64,000 nt of DNA from Bacteroidota bacterium (GTDB lineage Bacteria > Bacteroidota > Bacteroidia > Chitinophagales > Saprospiraceae): assembly GCA_041192405.1 (NCBI GenBank), contig JBEEMZ010000002.1:1815-65814 (forward strand), given 5' to 3'. Of the stretch, positions 57,215-64,000 are shown in pieces. Each line of letters begins with the position of its first letter. Position 1 is the first letter of the stretch. The position numbers and the translations under genes were made by a program. The notes beneath the pieces were generated by a model, which had not been told where the DNA came from, did no database searches, and worked only from the letters and a program-made list of their open reading frames with translations.

Positions 57215-59974
57215 ATGGACAAAATTACAAAATATAGATTTGCAAAATCTGCACTACCGTTTTTATTTTTTTGCGCCTGCATTGCAACGCAGGTCGAAGC
57301 GCAAAAACCTCGTTTTCTCGGACGGAATTTGTCGGATTCCACCAGCAAACAGGTTTCGGACACGGCTCGATTCGATTCCATTCGCTTGGCGGCGGCAAAT
57401 ATAACGTATTCCAAAGATTCTTTGGATGCAGAAGTGGATTATGGTGCAAAAGATTCTTTGATTTTCGATAATAGTAATCAATTAGTGTATCTGTACGGGG
57501 CGGCGTTTGTCAATTATCGGGGTTTGGCGTTGACGGCGGATTATATTATTATTGATATGAAAAACAATATTGCAACCGCAGAACCACGTAAAGACACCTC
57601 TGGAAAAGTTAAAGGAGTACCTCATTTTAAGGACGGAACACAAGATTTTACAGCTCAGAAGATGCGTTATAATTTCCGAACCAAAAAAGGGATGGTTTAC
57701 GACGTGACCACGACCCAAAGCAATGTGTATATACATGGTGGCAAATCTAAATTTGTGGGCGCGGGTTCGGACTCGACACTTGCAAAAAACGATACCACCA
57801 AACAAAATGATATTGCATACAGTTCGGATGCGATTTTCACTTCGTGTAATGCAAAACATCCACATTTTGGGATTCAAAGTGCGAAACAAAAAATTATTCC
57901 AAACAAATTGATTGTTGTTGGACCGTCAAATTTGGTCATTGGGGGCGTTCCGACTCCGTTATGGTTGCCTTTTGGGTTTTATCCGATTACAAAAAACAAA
58001 TCAAGTGGGTTGATTATTCCACGAGATTACGAATATCGCCCCGATTGGGGTTATGGTTTTAACAATTTGGGTTATTATATTCCGATTAATGAGCATCGGG
58101 ATTTGACAATTTACACCAAATTGTATGTAAAAGGCGCGTATGGAGTCACTTTGAACTCGTCTTATAACCGAATTTACAAAAATTCGGGCGATTTTAGCCT
58201 CAGTTTTAACGATAATGTGGTCGAAGATGAGCGTGCACGAACCGCTCGGCAACGTTCTTACGGTTTGCGCTGGTCGCATCGGCAAGATTCGCGGGCGCAT
58301 CCGACCATGAATTATAGTGCGAGTGTTTCGATTGAAACCAATAATAATCAACGAAATTCGCGGCGCGATTACGCGAGTCAAACTCAAAATCAATTAAATT
58401 CGAGTGCGAATTTCAGTAAAACGTTCCCTGGTAAGCCGTATAATTTTACAGCAAGTTTCAATCACTCTCAAAATACAGCAACGCGAGAAATGAATATTAC
58501 GTTGCCGAATTTGAATTTCACGATGCAAACGATTTCGCCGTTTAAACGAAAAAAAGCGGTTGGAAATGAGCGTTGGTATGAGAAAGTTACGTTAAGTTAT
58601 AATTCTGAAGCACAAAATTCTGTGAAAGCGACGGATACCACTATTTTTCAAAAGAATGTTTGGCAAGATGCGCGTATGGGTGTGAAACATAATGCGAATT
58701 CAGCAGTTAGTTTCAGGGTTTTGAAATATTTTAATTTTACGCCATCTATCAATTATTCAGAATCTTGGTTTTTCAAAACTCAAAACATGAGTTTTAATCC
58801 AAATATAACAGACACTGTTCAAAGACGTATTGTAAATCCGAATAATCCATTAGACTATACAATTCAAATAGATACGCTTCATGCGGGGCGCGTGGATACG
58901 ACGATTAATCGCGGTTTTTATCGGGCATATCAGTTCAATACAAGTGTTAGTTTGAGTACTATTTTGTTTGGAACGTTGAATTTTGGTAAGAAATCATGGT
59001 TGCGCACGTTGCGTCATACGGTCACACCGAGCATCAGTTTTGGCTATTCACCCGATTATTCGCAATATTCAAACAGCGTTCAACGCGATTATCGGATTGG
59101 GCGGAATCAAGCTGTGCTATACAATCGGTTTGACGGGGCGGCATATACCGCGCCGTCTGGTGTAAAACAAATGGGTTTAAATTATAGTATTTCAAATTTG
59201 TTTGAAGCGAAATATTTTTCAAAACGCGATTCTATAGAGAAAAAAACGCGCTTATTCGAGGCGATTAATTTAAGTGGAGGGTATAATTTTGCGGCGGATT
59301 CGTTTAGATGGTCTTCGCCAAGTTTCGGGACGAGCACCAATTTGTTTAAAGGATTGACTTCTGTAAGCATTAATGGCGCGTTGGATTTTTACGATTTGGA
59401 TGCTAATGGTTTGAGAACCAAGACTTTATTAATTACAAATAAAAAATTTCCTGCACGAGTGATTGCATTTAGCGTGAATGCGAATACAAGTTTTAGCGTT
59501 GGGCAATTGCGCGATTTATTGACCGGGAAGCTGACTTCAAACGCGGTTCAAACGTCCTCTGTGGAAACAAGTCAACAAAATACTAAATCTAAAAACAATC
59601 AAAAAGTTTTAGAAGAAGAATCATTGATAGATTTGGTTCAAAATTGGCGGATTAATCACAGTTTTGGGCTTGCATTAGGGACGGCGAACGGGCGCGATTC
59701 GTTCAGAACGATAGATAATCGGCTTTCGACGCAAGGCGATATTAAAATTAGTAAAAATTGGCGGATTACGGTGAGCAATATTGGGTATGATTTTGTGCAA
59801 AAAAAGTTGACTTTTCCACAATTTGGGTTTTATCGGGATTTGCATTGTTGGGAAATGGGTGCGCAATGGCAGCCGACGACAAATACATATCAATTTTTCT
59901 TACGCGTGAAACCAGGAACGTTTGATTTTATCAACCTTCCGTATAATAAAAATGGTAGTGAAGTATTCAGATAA
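57215..59974 (+). CDS. LptD-like LPS-assembly outer membrane protein
   Basis: 919-aa ORF with a signal peptide and an OstA-like N-domain (LIFDNSNQLVYLYGAAFVNYRGLALTADYIIIDM). The large beta-rich body ends ...GSEVFR. Divergent from the amidase gene, as commonly seen in Bacteroidota. Confidence 0.7.
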   Translation: MDKITKYRFAKSALPFLFFCACIATQVEAQKPRFLGRNLSDSTSKQVSDTARFDSIRLAAANITYSKDSLDAEVDYGAKDSLIFDNSNQLVYLYGAAFVNYRGLALTADYIIIDMKNNIATAEPRKDTSGKVKGVPHFKDGTQDFTAQKMRYNFRTKKGMVYDVTTTQSNVYIHGGKSKFVGAGSDSTLAKNDTTKQNDIAYSSDAIFTSCNAKHPHFGIQSAKQKIIPNKLIVVGPSNLVIGGVPTPLWLPFGFYPITKNKSSGLIIPRDYEYRPDWGYGFNNLGYYIPINEHRDLTIYTKLYVKGAYGVTLNSSYNRIYKNSGDFSLSFNDNVVEDERARTARQRSYGLRWSHRQDSRAHPTMNYSASVSIETNNNQRNSRRDYASQTQNQLNSSANFSKTFPGKPYNFTASFNHSQNTATREMNITLPNLNFTMQTISPFKRKKAVGNERWYEKVTLSYNSEAQNSVKATDTTIFQKNVWQDARMGVKHNANSAVSFRVLKYFNFTPSINYSESWFFKTQNMSFNPNITDTVQRRIVNPNNPLDYTIQIDTLHAGRVDTTINRGFYRAYQFNTSVSLSTILFGTLNFGKKSWLRTLRHTVTPSISFGYSPDYSQYSNSVQRDYRIGRNQAVLYNRFDGAAYTAPSGVKQMGLNYSISNLFEAKYFSKRDSIEKKTRLFEAINLSGGYNFAADSFRWSSPSFGTSTNLFKGLTSVSINGALDFYDLDANGLRTKTLLITNKKFPARVIAFSVNANTSFSVGQLRDLLTGKLTSNAVQTSSVETSQQNTKSKNNQKVLEEESLIDLVQNWRINHSFGLALGTANGRDSFRTIDNRLSTQGDIKISKNWRITVSNIGYDFVQKKLTFPQFGFYRDLHCWEMGAQWQPTTNTYQFFLRVKPGTFDFINLPYNKNGSEVFR

Positions 59975-60044
59975 CATTTTCTGGCAAGGGTTTCTGAAAT
60001 TTATCAAGTTTCAGAAACGCTTACAGATATGCACAAACTATCTA

Positions 60045-60719
60045 TCAAATAAACTTTAATATTTCTTCCACTAATTTAAAGACGGTTGTAGAAGATTCTG
60101 CTTGTTCTGGCGAATGCTCCATTGATTCGTGCCAACGCAACACTTTTTTGGCGCGTTCAATCGCTAATTGCACTCTTGGGCGTTTTGTTTGAGGGTCATT
60201 CGCTAACAATATTTCAAACAATTTATCTGAAATCGTTTTTGATTTTTTGCCATCATATTTACATTTCAAAGGTTTTACATATTCATTAATTTTGTTATCA
60301 TAATCTTGGCGTTTGAACGCGCCACCTTGATGGTCTTGAAAATGCAAAATTAACCAATATTCAAATGCTTGATTTGAATAGGCAACATGAAAACCTTCTT
60401 TTTCCGCTATTTTAATCGCCTCATTGAATATTTGTGCAGGGAAGTTATCTCTATCAAAAACGCACCAAACAGAATCATATTTATCTTTTTCTTTACTTAT
60501 AATCTCCATAGTACGAAGCACTAATGAAAGTGTATTGAAACCTTCACCAACTGTTTTAATGGTAGCTGTCGTTAATTTGAATTGCTTGAAATAGCTTGGT
60601 TCAGTATTCTCTCCCTCACAAACAATCAAATAACGTTTTTTAAGCATTTTATTGGGTTTTATAGACCGTTCAACATTAGGTTCATGTCTTCGGCGGTCTG
60701 TTAGATATTTGTTTTTCAT
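60045..60719 (-). CDS. RloB-like (Toprim-like) protein, AbiLii-type
   Basis: 224-aa ORF. KRYLIVCEGENTEPSYF is the RloB family N-terminal signature, followed by WCVFDRD (acidic Toprim-like motif). It starts 4 nt after the upstream ATPase stop. Confidence 0.8.
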   Translation of the reverse strand: MKNKYLTDRRRHEPNVERSIKPNKMLKKRYLIVCEGENTEPSYFKQFKLTTATIKTVGEGFNTLSLVLRTMEIISKEKDKYDSVWCVFDRDNFPAQIFNEAIKIAEKEGFHVAYSNQAFEYWLILHFQDHQGGAFKRQDYDNKINEYVKPLKCKYDGKKSKTISDKLFEILLANDPQTKRPRVQLAIERAKKVLRWHESMEHSPEQAESSTTVFKLVEEILKFI

Positions 60720-60723
60720 CCTT

Positions 60724-62037
60724 TTAGTTGGCTAATAGATATTCAAAATCATTCAAATATGGAATCGCGCCATAACGCCCTTTGATATAATTTGTTTCAA
60801 AATCGGCTCCTTTGCGCACTTTATCGCCATCTTCCAACATAAAATCATGCAAAGAATAAAGTGTTACTGCGCCATATCTATCTTTTTCAGTAAACCAAAT
60901 TTGGTCGCGTCGAAAGAGTTTAGCACTTAATAAATTTGTATCATGTGTATTAAAAATTAATTGCGCTCCATGCTGATTTTTATCTTTTGAATTAAATAAT
61001 TCAACCAATTTGCTCACTAAATTAGGATGTAATTTGGCATCCAATTCGTCTATAACTAATATTTTTCCCGTCTGCAACGCATCTAAAATCAATCCTGATA
61101 ATGCAAAATATTTTTTCGTACCTTCTGATTCATCTGATTTCATAGATAATTTTGCATACTTAATAAATTCATTATCACTATTATAAACTTTATGATTTGT
61201 CATAATATCATAAAAAAACTCAGCATTTTTATTTTCTTTAAAAGTTTTTTTTAACAAATCACTTAATTCTGTTGGTAAATCTTTGGGCAAATTATTAGGG
61301 TCTAATAATTGAGGTAGCAAATCATCAATCCCTAAATCCGCGGCTTTAATAAATTCCAGAATTGCTTTTTTTTGTAACTCATTTTTGAGTTGGTGTACAG
61401 AAACACCTGTGTACAATTCGCTATGTAACCCCGACACAATATCCAATTTTTTAAGCCAATTGAATATTTTTATCGCTGTTTTGTCATTAAACTGCCCCGC
61501 AACAGACAATAACAAGGCATTGGTGCGCACCATTCCATTTTTAACTAAATAACTTCCAACTTTAAATTTGGTTTTATGCACTGAAAAATCTTGTTTTTCT
61601 CTATAAAACAATTCAATTTCTTTGGTTTCGGGTCTAAAAAAAAGCCATTCAGCTCTAATTTCGGATGTATTTACCTCAAAACCGTATCGAAATTGAGCAT
61701 TTTCATGGATAAACATAATTTCAAAAGTCGTTGAAGCATCCATCGTTGAAGTGCTAAATTTAAATGGCTCAACTTCAATCGTTTCATTCAATTGACTTTC
61801 TTTAGAAGATTTTAAAATAAAATATTTAAAAAAATCAATCGCTTGAACGAGTTTACTTTTACCACTCGCATTCGCCCCGTAAATGACAGCACTTTTCAAC
61901 AAATTGAGTTGAAAATCTGGTATAATAAGTACATTATCGTCCCAACGAGTATCTTTATCATAACCCGATGCAACCAAACTTAATTTGGCTTCTTGTCTGA
62001 AGCACTTATAATTGTCAATCGTAAATTGAATGAGCAT
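60724..62037 (-). CDS. AAA_21/ABC-type ATPase, AbiLi/RloA-type
   Basis: 437-aa ORF. Walker A GANASGKS, Walker B/D-loop ILVIDELDAKLHP, and an FNTHD H-loop-like motif. A candidate -7 box TAttTTTG (plus strand caaaaata at 62096-62103) lies upstream. Confidence 0.8.
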   Translation of the reverse strand: MLIQFTIDNYKCFRQEAKLSLVASGYDKDTRWDDNVLIIPDFQLNLLKSAVIYGANASGKSKLVQAIDFFKYFILKSSKESQLNETIEVEPFKFSTSTMDASTTFEIMFIHENAQFRYGFEVNTSEIRAEWLFFRPETKEIELFYREKQDFSVHKTKFKVGSYLVKNGMVRTNALLLSVAGQFNDKTAIKIFNWLKKLDIVSGLHSELYTGVSVHQLKNELQKKAILEFIKAADLGIDDLLPQLLDPNNLPKDLPTELSDLLKKTFKENKNAEFFYDIMTNHKVYNSDNEFIKYAKLSMKSDESEGTKKYFALSGLILDALQTGKILVIDELDAKLHPNLVSKLVELFNSKDKNQHGAQLIFNTHDTNLLSAKLFRRDQIWFTEKDRYGAVTLYSLHDFMLEDGDKVRKGADFETNYIKGRYGAIPYLNDFEYLLAN

Positions 62038-62166
62038 GATTTTTAGATTTTTTGCATATTAAACGCAAAAAAACGATTTATTTTTATTACTTTTTCAAAA
62101 ATAATCATATTTATTTTTCATTAAATTGTTTTTTGTCAAAAACAAATCATTGATATAAGAATCAAT

Positions 62167-62294
62167 AAGTAGTTGGTCATAAATAAACGCTCTTAAAAAA
62201 GGGCGGCTTCACCGCCGAAAAAAGGAGAAATGAGGCTGTTTGTCGCCGAAGGCGGCACTTGTTGTTAAAAGCATTTATTTAGGGTCAACTACTT
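62167..62294. repeat. nested composite palindrome (~128 bp)
   Basis: Outer ~30-bp imperfect arms aagtagttggtcataaataaacgctcttaa / ttaaaagcatttatttagggtcaactactt enclose the GC-rich hairpins ggcggcttcaccgcc and cgccgaaggcg. Confidence 0.8.
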
Positions 62295-62430
62295 AGTAGA
62301 AATATTCATTTATTCTCCGTAAAAAAGCAAAAAATATTTTTATTTTACCTCGAATTGCATATTTCTTTACAAATTGCCTATTGGGAATTTGTAAAAAATA
62401 CTTAACCCATTAGAAATCACATTTTAATAT

Positions 62431-63561
62431 ATGAAAATAGCTGTTAATGTACGATTTTTGTTAAAAGATAAATTAGAAGGCGTGGGTCGTTTTACCTACG
62501 AAATTTTGCAGCGAATGGTGAAAAATCATCCCGAAACTGATTTTTTATTTTTTTTTGATAGACCGTATCATTCCGATTTTATTTTTGCACCAAATGTTAA
62601 ACCGATTGTGTTATTTCCACCTGCACGGCATCCTTTTTTATACATTTTGTGGTTTGAATGGGCCGTTGCACGCGCTTTAAAAAAGTATGAAGCAGATGTT
62701 TTTTTGTCCGTTGATGGTTTTTTGAGTTTGCGAACGAATGTGCCGACCGTAATGGTCATACATGATATTGCACATACGCATTATCGCGAGCATACGCCTT
62801 TTTTAGTTTATCACTATTATGCGTATTTTGTCCCAAAATTCATTCAAAAAGCGGCGCAAGTTGTGACCGTTTCTCATTTTGTTAAAAATGATATTTTACA
62901 AAATTTTGTATTGCAAAAAGAACCTATTGTTTGTTTTAATGCGGGGCGTGATGTGTTCAAACCATTGAATCAAGCAGATATTGAAACGATTCAATCCATC
63001 TATTCAAATAAAAAACCGTATTTTTTATACGTTGGCGCGGTGCATCCACGTAAAAATGTGGATAGATTAATCACAGCATTTGATAAATTTAAAACAAATA
63101 CAGGTTCTGATTTCAAACTTTTAATTGGTGGTAGGGTTGCTTGGCAAGCGGATAGCGTTCAAAAAGCGTATCAAACCGCACATTTTCAAGAGGATATTTT
63201 GTTTTTAGGATTTGTAGAAGATAATATTTTGCCAAAAATCGTTGCAAGTGCCTACGCACTTGTGTATGTGTCATTATCGGAAGGTTTTGGCATTCCATTG
63301 TTAGAAGCGATGTATTGCGATGTGCCTGTGATTACTTCCGATACGACTTCAATGCCTGAAGTCGTGGGTGATGCCGCGATTTTGGTCAATCCGACAGATA
63401 TTGCAGCAATTGCAGACGCAATGCAACAACTTGTTGATAATCAATTACTTAGAAATAGTTTAATCGAAAAAGGGCGTTTGCAAAAAACGAAATTTGATTG
63501 GAATGTATCATCAGAAAAGTTATACGAGTCTTGCAAACACATAGGGATATACGGGACATAG
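62431..63561 (+). CDS. glycosyltransferase family 4 (GT-B, RfaG-like)
   Basis: 376-aa ORF. C-terminal EGFGIPLLEAMYCDVPVITSDTTSMPEVVGDAA E-x7-E-type motif. Confidence 0.85.
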   Translation: MKIAVNVRFLLKDKLEGVGRFTYEILQRMVKNHPETDFLFFFDRPYHSDFIFAPNVKPIVLFPPARHPFLYILWFEWAVARALKKYEADVFLSVDGFLSLRTNVPTVMVIHDIAHTHYREHTPFLVYHYYAYFVPKFIQKAAQVVTVSHFVKNDILQNFVLQKEPIVCFNAGRDVFKPLNQADIETIQSIYSNKKPYFLYVGAVHPRKNVDRLITAFDKFKTNTGSDFKLLIGGRVAWQADSVQKAYQTAHFQEDILFLGFVEDNILPKIVASAYALVYVSLSEGFGIPLLEAMYCDVPVITSDTTSMPEVVGDAAILVNPTDIAAIADAMQQLVDNQLLRNSLIEKGRLQKTKFDWNVSSEKLYESCKHIGIYGT

Positions 63562-63657
63562 GCTTTTGGCACATTATGACACTTAAAATGAGTATTCTAT
63601 TGAAAAGCAATGTTTTATGTATAACAAGTCTATGTCCTTGTGTTTTTGCAAAAATGA

Positions 63658-63691
63658 CAAGGGTTCACATGCATCATGATGTGAACCCTTG
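63658..63691. terminator. hairpin downstream of the GT4 gene
   Basis: caagggttcacat gcatcatg atgtgaacccttg: perfect 13-bp arms. A T5 run follows on the minus strand. Confidence 0.55.
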
Positions 63692-63716
63692 TAGTGTATG
63701 CAGGAAAAAAATTGAT

Positions 63717-63747
63717 AAAAAAACGTTCCCCGCAAGCTCGGGGGAAC
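63717..63747 (-). terminator. intrinsic terminator oriented for a minus-strand transcript
   Basis: On the minus strand: gttcccc cgagcttgc ggggaac followed by T7 (plus strand A7 at 63717-63723). Confidence 0.65.
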
Positions 63748-63914
63748 GCCCAAACAACAAATTATAATCCCATGAACATATTTCCGAATTTGAATGACAA
63801 GACGCATGCAATTTGCGCATCTTTTAATTGTAAGAAAGTTTTTACGATTTCAAAAATGATGTAATTCCCTCTTACCTCCTCACAAATGTATTATTTCCTC
63901 TAAAATGGCTGAGT

Positions 63915-63972
63915 CGTTGGATTGGTTCAATCTGAAAATAACTCCCTTACTGACCAACTGAACCAATCCAAC
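63915..63972. repeat. 'ttgg' themed palindrome
   Basis: gttggattggttca ... tgaaccaatccaac: perfect 14-bp arms with a 30-nt loop. Confidence 0.75.
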
Positions 63973-64000
63973 TGCCTCAACCGATTTGCCTCATAGCGTA

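Noticed and set aside
63583-63807. 74-aa minus-strand ORF after the GT4 gene
   Set aside because: It reads through two strong hairpin terminators. It is Cys/His-rich with no family resemblance and lies more likely in non-coding or sRNA sequence.

Overview
A 64-kb, AT-rich chromosomal window (about 37-40% GC by eye), almost certainly from a member of Bacteroidota. Support for that assignment: several proteins end in T9SS (Por) C-terminal sorting domains; TAnnTTTG -7 promoter boxes sit upstream of genes; a BatB/BatC/BatD aerotolerance cluster is present; the panC <-> glgA-like / DUF4270 / glmS synteny is present; DUF4290 and DUF3127 genes and ribosomal protein Thx are present. Most of the content is core housekeeping and envelope biogenesis. 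Envelope and sugar genes are rfbB, a UDP-xylose-synthase-like SDR, waaA, a heptose kinase, lptD-like, lptE-like, mlaD-like, an amidase, glmS and secG. Metabolic and translation genes are pyrR-pyrB-lysA, panC, miaB, bcp, pnuC, tRNA-His and tRNA-Ser. No rRNA, CRISPR array, transposase or integrase was seen. Observations worth a second look:
1. A two-gene AAA-ATPase + RloB (Toprim-like) module of the AbiL type lies between lptD and a GT4 gene. It is the only clear defence-like cassette.
2. A DUF3127 OB-fold protein carries a Pro/Thr/Ala-rich linker and a C-terminal DDDLPF motif like the SSB tip.
3. A T19-G-A37 homopolymer hairpin lies between pyrR and pyrB.
4. A 1471-aa T9SS cargo protein combines CotH, C-type lectin, HYR and discoidin domains and contains a 7 x 123-bp tandem repeat array.
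5. Three paralogous ~660-aa T9SS cargo genes are clustered.
6. Long intergenic palindromes are very dense and fall into several sequence families (cacgaat, ttggttagttgg, gaatgatgaat, acgtttcg). Some are nested composites of up to ~240 bp, and some abut gene remnants.
7. The 11-mer palindrome TTGATWATCAA is strongly over-represented in both coding and non-coding DNA.
8. Two ORF-less promoter-plus-terminator units are candidate sRNAs.
All functional calls come from reading the translations against remembered family signatures. No database search was run.
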